Part shown: in pieces, positions 1 to 10,904 of the stretch | How positions within the stretch are numbered: position 1 is the first letter of the stretch | Layout: each line of letters opens with the position of its first letter | Sequence record: KJ019143.1 | Strand: one strand, 5' to 3' | DNA length: 64,000 nucleotides | Program-made: the position numbers and the translations under genes | Notes under the pieces: generated by a model | The model's input: the letters and a program-made list of their open reading frames with translations, nothing else | Told to the model about the DNA's origin: nothing | The model's database searches: none

Positions 1-1
1 C

Positions 2-3000
2 TTTGATTCTGCCACTTCATTCATAACTGGTGATCTAATTTCATATAGAGTTATCTCAGTAGAAAGAACAGGTATTCCCCTTATCACTGAAGGTGAATAC
101 TTTGTAGAGGTTCTCAGCAACCCCAGAAAGATTAAACTATATGTATCACCTTCCTTTATTGGAAGTGATAACTTTGTTGGATTCGTGTATAACGATGCAG
201 TAGGTGCTCATGCATTCACTCTAGAGGAACAGAAAGATAGAAGAATCAATACTAAGAATGTATTCAAGAAGATTCCCTTCACAGCAACCAAACAGAATAT
301 CACTATCCCTAGAACACCCGATGTAACCCCCTCAGGTTCCCCTGTGGCAGTTCTTACTAATGGTGTAGAGGTATTGTCATATAAGTCACCAGATAAGGTG
401 TTCTTGGGTCCTTTAGAAGAAGTTGTTCCTGTTGCTTCTGGTGAGGGTTATAGTGTTATTGGACCACCCAATATCCTAATCACACCACCTAATATTCAAG
501 TTACAGATCCAACTGGTATTCCTACTGATGGTGGTGTTGCTAGAGTATCACCAGTTATCTCTGGTAGGTTGAAGAAGATCTATATCGATCCACAAGACTT
601 TGATATTGAGGAAGTATTCTCAATCACTGTTGTTGGTGGTAACAGTCGTGGTGCCACAGCAAAACCACAGATTTCTAAGAGAACTCGTTCTATCCCCTTT
701 GATACGAGACTTGATATCTACGGTGGTGGTATTAATCCAAATGAAGAGACCATCCTATTCTTAACTGAACACAAACTCGCCAAGGGTGATGCAATTATCT
801 ACGAAAACAACGATACACAAAGTATTGGTGTTAATGTTGCTGGTGGTAGTAACATCTATAATGGCCAGACACTATCTAACGGTGCTGTGTATTTTGCAGA
901 ACCCCTTAATAATGTAACCATTAAGATCTATGAGACTCTAGAAGATTTGAACTTGGGTATCAATACCGTTGGGTTCACTTCAAGTCAAACTGGGTTTGGT
1001 GTTCAGGACTTTACTACTATTCCTAGAAACCAACTCACTGGTGCTCTCATCACAGATGATGGTGGTGAGTTTGTATATCGTAAGATGGAGTTCCAACCAG
1101 AGAACATCTATCCTGAGTATGATGAGTTGAGATACGACGGTCATGGTTTCTCCAGTGGTGATTTGGTGGAGTATGGAACCTTTGGTTCTGTTGTTGGTGG
1201 TCTATCTACTGAGAAGCAATACTATGTTGATGCTTTAGATGAAAATATCATCAAACTATCTGATGCCGGTATTGGTGGAACAAGTAGGTTTGACTATGAT
1301 AGGAAGGACTATGTTGATTTCACCAACATTGGTGTTGGAACACAGTTTATCAAGTACCCTGATGTCACTGTCAATGTTGTAGTATCCTATGCCTCGTCTA
1401 TCACTGGTATCATTACAGCAACACCTATTATCCGCGGTGGTATTATTCAAACTTATGTTGATACTGGAGGATACTATGGTTCTGATATTCTCAACTTCGC
1501 CAAGACACCAGAAGTAACAGTTCAGACTGGTGAAGGTGCTAGAATCAAACCAGTTATTGTTAATGGTAAGGTTACCACAGTTCAGATTCTAAGTAAGGGT
1601 ATCAACTACCCACCCACACCAGATCTTCGTGTTATTGATAAGTCTCGTAAAGGTGCTGGTGCTCTTCTTCGCCCAGTAGTTATTGATGGTGCTATCCAGA
1701 GTGTTGTTGTTATTAGCACTGGTGAAAACTATGATCCATTGAATACTGATATTACAGTAATTGATACTGCTAGACGATGTATTCTTGTTCCTAGAATTAC
1801 ACCTCTCACAGTTAATACCTTTGCTAGATTTGGATTCGAAGGTCTATCTAATAATGACTACTCGGTTGTTGCCTATGACAGAAAGATTCGTGAGGATGTA
1901 TATGGTGACCTAGGTGCTTCCCACTCACCCATCATTGGTTGGGCAAACGATGGTAACCCCATCTATGGTGGTTTTGGTTTCGATGATCCAGAGAACTCCA
2001 GTTCTGGTTTCCGGGCGATGAGAACTTCCTATGAACTCTTCCCTGGTGAGATCTATGGTCGTCCCCCACTAACACTATATCCTGCTGGTTCTTTTGTTGA
2101 GGACTACAAGTTTACAGATAATGGTGATCTAGACATCTATAATGGTAGGTATGGTAGAACTCCTGAGTACCCTAATGGTGTGTATGCATACTTCGCTGGT
2201 ATCTCCACTGATACTCAGTCACTAGCAAGAGAACCACAATTCCCTTACTTCATTGGTCCTGAGTTTAGGGATGGATTGGGTATTCAAGATAATACTGTAT
2301 CCCAAGATTTTGATATTAATAATAAGGATATTTTCCGTAATACTTTCCCATATGCCGTAGGTAACCCTATTATCGGCAGTGAGTTCCTAGATCAATCATA
2401 CTTAGAGGATACTCAGGATTCTATTATACAATCTATCAATAATGGTACTGTTGATAACTTAACCATCGTTGGTGCTGGTGTTAGTTACTCTGTTGGTGAT
2501 ATTGTTAATTTTGATGATACTTTCGACTACATTAGTGTAGTTGTAGATCAGGTAGATGGTCCCGAGGTAACACAGATTCAAACTCTCATCAAGAGTTATG
2601 GTAAAGCAGAAACCAAAGTCATTAAAGTTGATAACACAACTGTTCGTGTTTATGTTGATCCCTTCCACGAGTATCTTGATGGAGATAAAGTTGTAATTAG
2701 TGGTCTATCAACAAACACAGATCAACTCAACGGGACTCATGAGATTAACTTCATGAGGGAGCAAATGACAATGTTTGCTCCTATTCCTCCTACTTTGTTT
2801 GAGACAGTATCTGATATCTTTGTCAATACTATTTCAGATAAGGTTTCTGTTGGTTCTAGTATTACTGTTGGTCTTGGCACTCTATCGGAGGATATGGAAG
2901 TTATCAACATCTTCCCTATTAATAAGGCACTTCGGGTTAAGAGACCAGTAGGTTATGGTTTCACACACCCAATTGGTGATGCTGTTAACATTGCTCCTAA

Positions 3001-6000
3001 TTACTTTGATATTAAGAAGAATGTAGATTCATTCCCGTCTGAGATTGATGTTGAGTACTACTTCAACCCACACCAAACAGTGGCAGTTGGATTGGAGACT
3101 GGTGTAAGTGTTGGTTTGGTGTATTCAATTGGTACTATCGATAAGAATATCTCAGTACAGACTCAAAGAATATATGCACCATCCCATGGTTTCAGAACTG
3201 GTGAGGAGATTACTTTTGAGAAGAATGATACTGATACTGCATTAGTTGTAACAGACGGTAGTACTGTATATACACTACCTGGTGTAGGTAATACAAGTAA
3301 TGCATATGTTGTATCACTATCCAAAAACTATATTGGTATTAGAACAGTAACAGATGGTCCTGATCTATTCTTCTCTACTGATGGTTCCGATTCTCCTCTA
3401 TATTCTATTAAGACTAATCGTTTCGCTGAGACTGCATTAGTAGATAGAATTCAGGCAGAAGTTAAAACGAAAACGGATCATAGGTTGGGGAATGACGATC
3501 AGATATTTACTGATGTTATTTCTTCTGGAAAATCAGGTGTCGGTACTAACCCCAACATCAAACTTGAGTTCGATGATTCATCACAATCACTTATTGTAGA
3601 TCCATACTTCACACAACCTAGTGATATTGATACGGTTAATAACCTAATTAATATCAATAACCACGGTTATACTAATGGGGATATTGTTCTATATCAAAAC
3701 TATGGAAGTTCTATTGGTGGTTTAACAACTCATCACAAATATTACACTATTCCCTTTGATAGGGATAAGTTCTATGTTGCTGAAACATTTGTTGATGTAA
3801 GACCCGGAACTAAACTACCTGTGAATCTAACTTCTGTTGGTATTGGTTCCCATAAGTTCTCCAAGGTCAATCCACCACTACTCATCACTAATAATAATGA
3901 TATTGAGTTTGATGTGTCATCACCAACTCTATTTGGTAAAACACTAGAATTCTTCTTTGATCGGACTCTAACTGAAATATTTGATAATAACAGTATAGAC
4001 AATGTATTTGTTGTTTCTGGTGTATCTACTGAGGGATACGAGGATGCTAGGAAGTCTATTAGATACTCTGATAACAATCCAGATGTATTCTTCTATGGTA
4101 TTACTGAAGGTGGTTATATTTCCACTGCAGATACTGAAGTATCTAGAAACAACTCTATTAGATATGAGGCAAGTGAGTACGCAATTGAAGGTAGAGTAAC
4201 CGTTATAGACGATAGCACCTTTACCTATACACTCAATACTATTCCCGAGAAGCCACTATACACTAATCCTGATACACAACTCTCATACAAGACTTCCTCT
4301 AGTACTGCTCTAGGTGGTGTTGGTAGATTGAATATCATCTTCAGTGGTAATAACTTCCCAGCTCTACCTGAGTTTGAGGGTATTCAAACTGAGTATGGGC
4401 AGAACGCAACTATCAGAGCAGAGTCTGATGATATTGGAACACTTGCTTCCTTCAGAATCCAGAACGCTGGTTGGGATTACTCCGCTGATAATACACTTCG
4501 CCCCTTTGGTGTTATTCAACCAACCATTAGATTTGATAATAGTGACTTTGTTACTGAGGTTACTGTTCTTGATGGTGGTAATGGATATCAGAACCCCCCT
4601 AATGCTGTTCTAGTAGACTCTGTAACAAGAGAAGTAGTAGATAATGGATCTATCATCCTAGAGGTACAATCATCCACCATCACAGATGTTATTGTTGAGG
4701 TTGCTCCTTCTGGTTTATCCAAGGATCTCCAAGAACTATGGACTGTCAATAATAGTAATGGTATTCCTATCCTACTAATTGGTAACATTGATAATGTTGC
4801 TGGTGTAGTTACATATACAGTACAGACTCCTATTGAGGGTTATGCGACACCACCATTCTCAGTTGGTGATAGAGTATTTGTTGAGAATATTCTAGTAGAT
4901 CAAGATGCTCCCCCCTCTAAACTCAATTCTGGTGATTATGGGTATCAGTTCTTGGAAGTTGTTGCCGTAACACCAACAAACCCAATCACTATTGGTATTC
5001 AGTATCCTGAAGAAGCTATTGGTAACCTAGGTTATGGTGTTACTTTCCAACAGGCTTTCTCTGGTATTGTTAACGAGGATATCTATCCTAAGTTTGCAGT
5101 ACAACAGACAACTGCAGTCTTCCTAGAGGGTGAGAGACTTTCTATCTTTGATTCCTTTGGTAATCTTGATGAGACTGACCTAGTTGTGGAAGAGTCCAAC
5201 ACTAGTTTCTTTAAAGTTACTGGAAACTATGATTTATTGGTTGGTGATGTACTCAAGGGTAACAATAGTGGTGTTATTTTAACTGTTACTGAAATTGACA
5301 GTAGTAGTTGTAGATATCTAGTTGATTCTATCTCCAGAATCAACACTGGTTGGAACGATAAGACAGGTTTCCTTAATGAGGAGACACAGAACCTACCAGA
5401 TAACGATTACTATCAGAATCTATCTTACTCAATTAAGAGTACAATTAACTTCGAGGAACTTATCAACCCAGTCAATAGATTAGTACACCCTTCCGGTCTA
5501 AAGAACTTCTCTGATACCAAGATTGAGTCTATCGGTGATATTGGTGTTGGTAGTAGTGAGAGCTCTGAGTCAACAGTTACTATTGACTTTATTGGTCTAA
5601 CTGATATAGCAGAAACTCCACTGAGAGTTGATCGCATCAATGTATTCGACTTGGGTTGGGATGCCAATGTCAATAACAACAGATCTAACGCCATTAGACT
5701 TCAGAGTAGAACTCCTAACAAGAGACTAACTGACTATATCGAAGTTCGTACTAACAGAGTATTGATGCATGACGACATCAGTAACGAGTTTATTGACTCA
5801 GATAATGCCTCTTCCAAGTCCCCCTATAGTGAGTTCAATATTATCACTGGTGAATATACCAGAGGATTGGTTCAGGCAAGAAATCCCTTCACTGATCAAG
5901 TTCAATTCACTGAGATTATTGTTTTATCAGTTGATAACAGTGCCTTCACTTTACAGAAGGCGAGTATCTCTGATAATGATCTTGGTTATGGTATCTTTGA

Positions 6001-9000
6001 GGGTAGATCTTTAGCTAGTAGTGAATATCAAATGAGATTCACTCCCTTCAACACAGATGATTTTGATATTGACCTAAAACTACTATCCCATAAGTTTATC
6101 TTTAGTGGTGAGTCAGCTGAAGAGATTGGATATGTAAACCTAGCCGGTAATACATTATCTACACCAGACGCTGCTAGTACTCAAATATATGGAGCTAGTA
6201 ATAGTAATAATAGAGCAGTTGTTGTTCACGCAAATATTACCACAATTGATGGTCTTCTTTATTACTATGAGATATATGCTTTTACTGATGGTACTGATGT
6301 ATACTATGCACCTTATGGTTATAGTAGTGATGTACTAAAGGGTTTCAATAGTGAGTTGGATGGTGATTTTAACGCCACACTACAAGGTGGTAAGTTGGCA
6401 ATCTACTTCACTAATAATACTGGTGGTCCAGTTAGTATCACCACCAAGTCTATTGAGTTCAAGCAGTCTTTCAGTGGAACATCACCTTATAGATTTAAGA
6501 AAAATAATGTTCCTGATACTGAAGAAAGAAGTATTATTCTAGACTCAGTATCCACTGCGGGTGTTAGTACACAAACCACTGAGGTATTCAGATACGACAC
6601 CACTCTATTCCAGAGTGTTAGATCTATCGTTCATATCTCTGGTACGGATGTTGGTGCCATTCATCAGGTAATGACTATCAATAGTGATGGTTCTACTTAT
6701 TGTGAAGTGTATCCTTTCATTACTGAGGGTGATGAGGTAGATTCTACTTCTGGTATTGGTACCTTTGGTTCATCAATTGATGGAACTGATATGGTTCTAA
6801 CTTTCTATCCAGATGCAGCTATTGGAAGTCAGGCACTAACTCTCACCTCCTATAACGAAACATTCTATAGAGAATTGGATGAAGTTAACTACACATTCGG
6901 TAGACCATTAGTTTATTCTGAGAGTGAGGAGAACTACTACCTAGAGAGGTATATTGCTCCTCTAGGTTTGAGAAACAACCTACTTAGATTCCCTCTGACA
7001 TACGAAGGTATTCCCATCTATGAGAAGGCATTTGATCCAGCAACTACAATTAGCATAAACAACGGTAATTTGACATTGTTCAACATTACTGAGCACTTCT
7101 TTAGTCCAGCTGAAGAACTATATTACCTACCAGATACAACTTTAGCTAACAACCTCAAATCTCCTATCGAGATTCAACCAGTTGTTGATTATAGAGGTAT
7201 AACAACTTCTACAATGCCTGACAGAGTGTATGCCATCAAGAGGGATCTAAATGTATTCCAACTAGCACCAACTGCATCTGATGCACTTGCTGGTCAAGCA
7301 ATTGTTATCACTGGGTTTGGTACTGGTATTTCCCATAGATTGGGTATGATGAAGAAGCTAGAGAAGACTATCATTACCATTGATGGTGTTATCCAGTCTC
7401 CTATTACTAGCGCACTCAAAACATTCAATCTAGATGCACCACTAGGTTTTGATGACGAATATGCAGTTCTAACTGGTATTGGTACTATTCGTGTTGGTGA
7501 TCTATTTCTAATTGATGAGGAGTACTTAAAGATTGATAATGTTGGATTATCTACATCACAGACTGGTCCTATTAGTAATACTGGTACTATTCCTCTAATT
7601 GAAATTAGTAGAGGTGTTGTTGGTTCTTCCGCAACTAGTCATACTAGTGGTTCTGATCTCGATCTATACAGAGGTAGCTTCAATATTGTTGAGAGTGACG
7701 TTGTATTCACCGAAGCACCTGCTGGTAGGGGTGAGATTAATATCAATGAGTCCAACCTAGTACAGGTTAACTCATCATTCCAAGGTAGAACATTCCTACA
7801 GAGAGAGTATGATCAGATTGCACTATTTGATGATATCAGTGATTTGTTCAATGGTTCAGATTATGAGTTCAACATTACTTCCGCTGGTAGTACTATTGGT
7901 GAGATTGAGAATGGTTCTGGTGTTCTAACCATCAACGATATCTACCAAACTCCAACTACCGATAACAACGCAGGTAACAACTATTTCTATAGTTATGGAG
8001 CACAAACTGGTATCAATACTCTAACCTTTACTGGTATTACTTCCACTAATGGTCAGAGAGTTGAGTCTAGATTTGATATCAATCAGAACCAGATTCCTCG
8101 CGGTGGTGTTATCGTATCACTAGGTTCTACACCTGGTTTGGGATACGCCCCACTCTATGGAGCAAAGATAACTCCAGTAGTTACTGGTGGTGTTATTACT
8201 GATATTGTAACAACCAATAGAGTTGGTTTTACAACTGATGTTCTTTGGGCAGACTATGATAACGAAACTGGTGACTTGGTTGTTTCTGGTATTGGATCGG
8301 CACTAACCACACAGTTCAACATCACAGATGCCGACTATCGTAACACCTCCGGCGTCCTAATTATCACGAGCGCAACTTCTCTAATATCTGCTGGTATCAA
8401 CCCAGGTGATATTATGTATCTGAGAGGTATGGACTTCTCCTGTACTTCAGGTGGAGCACCTGCCACACTTACATACCCAGACCAAGACCCAGTATACGCT
8501 GTGGATAGGATTGTAGATGAGTTTAGGTTCTCAGTGAACGCTGGAATATCTACTATTCCACATACTTATGTTTCTGGTGGTACCTGGCAAAAGTATTCAC
8601 CATTCCAGTTTGGAAGGGAACAGATTAACCCCAAACAGGTTTATCTAAATGGTTTGGAGTTTGATTGTACCAATAGTCCATTCATCACTACCAATATCTT
8701 CCCTGATAGTTTCGAGTCAGCATCTTTTGTTACTCGTGATGATGATGCACACTTCAGACTAAACGTTGGTATCGCAAGTTTCACACACGACTATGTTGGT
8801 AGTGGAATCTTTGGTCAGTATATTGAAAACAACCCAGGTTCTGGTTATATCGATAGAGTTTCTATCGCAGTTACTGATCCCAACCACTCTGGAACACCTG
8901 CAGAGATTGTGGGTATCCCAACTGCTGGTGGTGAGTTATCATTCACAATTATTGGTGGTGGTTCTGGATATAACCAACCAACCACAGATACCTTTGCTCC

Positions 9001-10855
9001 TGATCCAGCATACTTTAACCTTCCAGTTATTGGTGTATCTAGGAGAAATGTTGGATTCACAACTATCACTGGTAAGAATCTCTTTGTAACTGTTGAGGTA
9101 TCTGCAGCAACCACCACGGCAATCGGTCGTAGTGAGTTCTTTGAAGTTAGTGGTTACCAAATCACTAACCAGGGTTATGGTTTTGAAGAAGGTGATGTTA
9201 TTGAGGTTGTTGGTATTCCTACTGATAAGAATCTATCCCAACCAATTGAACCCTTCCAACTCACAGTTCTAGACACCTTCACCGATAACTTCTCCGCCTG
9301 GAACTTCGGTGAAACTGATTATATTGATAGTATCAAGACTCTACAGGATGGTTCAAGACTTAACTTCCCACTTTCATACAAAGGTGAGGAACTATCCTTC
9401 GAATCAAATCCCTCCAATGAAGACTCTGCGGCAATTGATTTAGACGCTATCCTCCTCATCTATGTGAATACAGTACTACAAGTACCTGGTGTAAGTTATG
9501 AGTTTACTGGTGGTAACACCTTTACATTCTCACAACCACCATTCCCACAGGATGATGTTGATATTTACTTCTATAGAGGTAAGAGGAATATTGATAGTAC
9601 AGTTATTACTGAAATTGATGAATCTATTAGACCTGGTGATCAGTTACAACTTGTTAAAAACAATAAGTACAATGACAATGTATTCATTGACCTAACCAGA
9701 ACACAGGACCTTAGAACAGTCACAGAGATTGCTTCTTCTGACACAGTTAGAACTAATATCTACTTTGGTAACAAAGACTTAGATACTCTAAGAGAAAGGC
9801 AAGTCGGTTGGGAAAAACAGAAGAGAGATATCTTCATCTATGGTGAACCAGCACCTAAGACTAGAGATAGTCTAGAACCTGTTATTGTACCAACAGCGGC
9901 AATCATCAGAGATACCTCCAAATCACAAACAGAACTCTTTGTTAGTAACTCTGAGATATTTGTTTATGAAGAAGATGTTCCTGGTTCTAGTATTGTTCTA
10001 ACCAATATCAGTGGTGAGATCTATAGACCAGTTGAGTATAAGTACAATCCACCAGTACTATTTGAACCCGCGTCAATACGCGCGAATGTAGATGGTAATG
10101 GTAAAGTAACTTCACTCACAATCCTAGACGCAGGACAAGGTTACCCAACAGGTACTGAAATCACTATTGGTATTTCTTCCACGGGTGATAGGGCAGAGGT
10201 TGGTACTACTATCCTCAATCCAATTGATGGTTCTATTATCTCTGTTATCCTATCTAAGAGTGGATCTGGTTACAATCAAAGTAACCCACCATTCGTTCTT
10301 ATTTCAGAACCACAGGTAGATATTGAACCTTTGGAACTTATTCCAAATATCCAAGGTTTCAGTGGTATTGTTACTGGTATTCAGGCAACTACAGGTTCCT
10401 CTGGGGCAACCAAGGGTATCCGGGTATTCTACACAGTAGATTCCACAGTTGTTGCTTCTGAACTAAATGCAGGTTACTCAGTTGTTCTATCTAATACTGT
10501 TGTTGGTAATGGTGTTGAAACTATCGGAACTAACGCAGCAACCGTGGTTGGTTTGGGAACACAGTTCCTAGATGCTGTTTATGAGATTAGGTCTAATGGT
10601 AACCTAGGAATAAATGGTGTATGGGAAGCAAATGTATCCAATGGAACTAACATATCTGGTATTGATATTTCTGGAGATAACCTCGGAAGTTTCAGCTGGG
10701 GTAGGTTATCCAATGTTCCAAGAGATATTGATTTGGCACTCTCATACAATGTAGATGGAACTACATACTCACCCAATATGGATAACTACCCAACTCTCAA
10801 GAGAAGTAGTGAAGGTCTCCGTAACGAAGGTGGTATCGCTAAGAGGGTTCTGTAG
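2..10855 (+). CDS. Giant baseplate wedge/structural protein (cyanophage gp7/VrlC-like), 5' truncated by window edge
   Basis: The frame is open from base 2 (FDSATSFITGDL...), so the true start is upstream of the track start at 185. It has repeated G-x-G-Y beta-rich motifs and a YHYH-like segment (HSPIIGWANDGNPIYG...GRTPEYPNGVYAYF), and lies directly before gp8. Confidence 0.7.
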   Translation, partial: FDSATSFITGDLISYRVISVERTGIPLITEGEYFVEVLSNPRKIKLYVSPSFIGSDNFVGFVYNDAVGAHAFTLEEQKDRRINTKNVFKKIPFTATKQNITIPRTPDVTPSGSPVAVLTNGVEVLSYKSPDKVFLGPLEEVVPVASGEGYSVIGPPNILITPPNIQVTDPTGIPTDGGVARVSPVISGRLKKIYIDPQDFDIEEVFSITVVGGNSRGATAKPQISKRTRSIPFDTRLDIYGGGINPNEETILFLTEHKLAKGDAIIYENNDTQSIGVNVAGGSNIYNGQTLSNGAVYFAEPLNNVTIKIYETLEDLNLGINTVGFTSSQTGFGVQDFTTIPRNQLTGALITDDGGEFVYRKMEFQPENIYPEYDELRYDGHGFSSGDLVEYGTFGSVVGGLSTEKQYYVDALDENIIKLSDAGIGGTSRFDYDRKDYVDFTNIGVGTQFIKYPDVTVNVVVSYASSITGIITATPIIRGGIIQTYVDTGGYYGSDILNFAKTPEVTVQTGEGARIKPVIVNGKVTTVQILSKGINYPPTPDLRVIDKSRKGAGALLRPVVIDGAIQSVVVISTGENYDPLNTDITVIDTARRCILVPRITPLTVNTFARFGFEGLSNNDYSVVAYDRKIREDVYGDLGASHSPIIGWANDGNPIYGGFGFDDPENSSSGFRAMRTSYELFPGEIYGRPPLTLYPAGSFVEDYKFTDNGDLDIYNGRYGRTPEYPNGVYAYFAGISTDTQSLAREPQFPYFIGPEFRDGLGIQDNTVSQDFDINNKDIFRNTFPYAVGNPIIGSEFLDQSYLEDTQDSIIQSINNGTVDNLTIVGAGVSYSVGDIVNFDDTFDYISVVVDQVDGPEVTQIQTLIKSYGKAETKVIKVDNTTVRVYVDPFHEYLDGDKVVISGLSTNTDQLNGTHEINFMREQMTMFAPIPPTLFETVSDIFVNTISDKVSVGSSITVGLGTLSEDMEVINIFPINKALRVKRPVGYGFTHPIGDAVNIAPNYFDIKKNVDSFPSEIDVEYYFNPHQTVAVGLETGVSVGLVYSIGTIDKNISVQTQRIYAPSHGFRTGEEITFEKNDTDTALVVTDGSTVYTLPGVGNTSNAYVVSLSKNYIGIRTVTDGPDLFFSTDGSDSPLYSIKTNRFAETALVDRIQAEVKTKTDHRLGNDDQIFTDVISSGKSGVGTNPNIKLEFDDSSQSLIVDPYFTQPSDIDTVNNLININNHGYTNGDIVLYQNYGSSIGGLTTHHKYYTIPFDRDKFYVAETFVDVRPGTKLPVNLTSVGIGSHKFSKVNPPLLITNNNDIEFDVSSPTLFGKTLEFFFDRTLTEIFDNNSIDNVFVVSGVSTEGYEDARKSIRYSDNNPDVFFYGITEGGYISTADTEVSRNNSIRYEASEYAIEGRVTVIDDSTFTYTLNTIPEKPLYTNPDTQLSYKTSSSTALGGVGRLNIIFSGNNFPALPEFEGIQTEYGQNATIRAESDDIGTLASFRIQNAGWDYSADNTLRPFGVIQPTIRFDNSDFVTEVTVLDGGNGYQNPPNAVLVDSVTREVVDNGSIILEVQSSTITDVIVEVAPSGLSKDLQELWTVNNSNGIPILLIGNIDNVAGVVTYTVQTPIEGYATPPFSVGDRVFVENILVDQDAPPSKLNSGDYGYQFLEVVAVTPTNPITIGIQYPEEAIGNLGYGVTFQQAFSGIVNEDIYPKFAVQQTTAVFLEGERLSIFDSFGNLDETDLVVEESNTSFFKVTGNYDLLVGDVLKGNNSGVILTVTEIDSSSCRYLVDSISRINTGWNDKTGFLNEETQNLPDNDYYQNLSYSIKSTINFEELINPVNRLVHPSGLKNFSDTKIESIGDIGVGSSESSESTVTIDFIGLTDIAETPLRVDRINVFDLGWDANVNNNRSNAIRLQSRTPNKRLTDYIEVRTNRVLMHDDISNEFIDSDNASSKSPYSEFNIITGEYTRGLVQARNPFTDQVQFTEIIVLSVDNSAFTLQKASISDNDLGYGIFEGRSLASSEYQMRFTPFNTDDFDIDLKLLSHKFIFSGESAEEIGYVNLAGNTLSTPDAASTQIYGASNSNNRAVVVHANITTIDGLLYYYEIYAFTDGTDVYYAPYGYSSDVLKGFNSELDGDFNATLQGGKLAIYFTNNTGGPVSITTKSIEFKQSFSGTSPYRFKKNNVPDTEERSIILDSVSTAGVSTQTTEVFRYDTTLFQSVRSIVHISGTDVGAIHQVMTINSDGSTYCEVYPFITEGDEVDSTSGIGTFGSSIDGTDMVLTFYPDAAIGSQALTLTSYNETFYRELDEVNYTFGRPLVYSESEENYYLERYIAPLGLRNNLLRFPLTYEGIPIYEKAFDPATTISINNGNLTLFNITEHFFSPAEELYYLPDTTLANNLKSPIEIQPVVDYRGITTSTMPDRVYAIKRDLNVFQLAPTASDALAGQAIVITGFGTGISHRLGMMKKLEKTIITIDGVIQSPITSALKTFNLDAPLGFDDEYAVLTGIGTIRVGDLFLIDEEYLKIDNVGLSTSQTGPISNTGTIPLIEISRGVVGSSATSHTSGSDLDLYRGSFNIVESDVVFTEAPAGRGEININESNLVQVNSSFQGRTFLQREYDQIALFDDISDLFNGSDYEFNITSAGSTIGEIENGSGVLTINDIYQTPTTDNNAGNNYFYSYGAQTGINTLTFTGITSTNGQRVESRFDINQNQIPRGGVIVSLGSTPGLGYAPLYGAKITPVVTGGVITDIVTTNRVGFTTDVLWADYDNETGDLVVSGIGSALTTQFNITDADYRNTSGVLIITSATSLISAGINPGDIMYLRGMDFSCTSGGAPATLTYPDQDPVYAVDRIVDEFRFSVNAGISTIPHTYVSGGTWQKYSPFQFGREQINPKQVYLNGLEFDCTNSPFITTNIFPDSFESASFVTRDDDAHFRLNVGIASFTHDYVGSGIFGQYIENNPGSGYIDRVSIAVTDPNHSGTPAEIVGIPTAGGELSFTIIGGGSGYNQPTTDTFAPDPAYFNLPVIGVSRRNVGFTTITGKNLFVTVEVSAATTTAIGRSEFFEVSGYQITNQGYGFEEGDVIEVVGIPTDKNLSQPIEPFQLTVLDTFTDNFSAWNFGETDYIDSIKTLQDGSRLNFPLSYKGEELSFESNPSNEDSAAIDLDAILLIYVNTVLQVPGVSYEFTGGNTFTFSQPPFPQDDVDIYFYRGKRNIDSTVITEIDESIRPGDQLQLVKNNKYNDNVFIDLTRTQDLRTVTEIASSDTVRTNIYFGNKDLDTLRERQVGWEKQKRDIFIYGEPAPKTRDSLEPVIVPTAAIIRDTSKSQTELFVSNSEIFVYEEDVPGSSIVLTNISGEIYRPVEYKYNPPVLFEPASIRANVDGNGKVTSLTILDAGQGYPTGTEITIGISSTGDRAEVGTTILNPIDGSIISVILSKSGSGYNQSNPPFVLISEPQVDIEPLELIPNIQGFSGIVTGIQATTGSSGATKGIRVFYTVDSTVVASELNAGYSVVLSNTVVGNGVETIGTNAATVVGLGTQFLDAVYEIRSNGNLGINGVWEANVSNGTNISGIDISGDNLGSFSWGRLSNVPRDIDLALSYNVDGTTYSPNMDNYPTLKRSSEGLRNEGGIAKRVL

Positions 10856-10860
10856 GGTGT

Positions 10861-10868
10861 TATAAATA
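10861..10868 (+). promoter_or_regulatory. T4-type late promoter (TATAAATA)
   Basis: Exact TATAAATA ~36 nt upstream of the gp8 ATG, followed by a 10-bp inverted repeat (10868-10895). Confidence 0.8.
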
Positions 10869-10904
10869 GGGTTTAGGTACTGTATCCTAAATCCTGTATA
10901 TACA

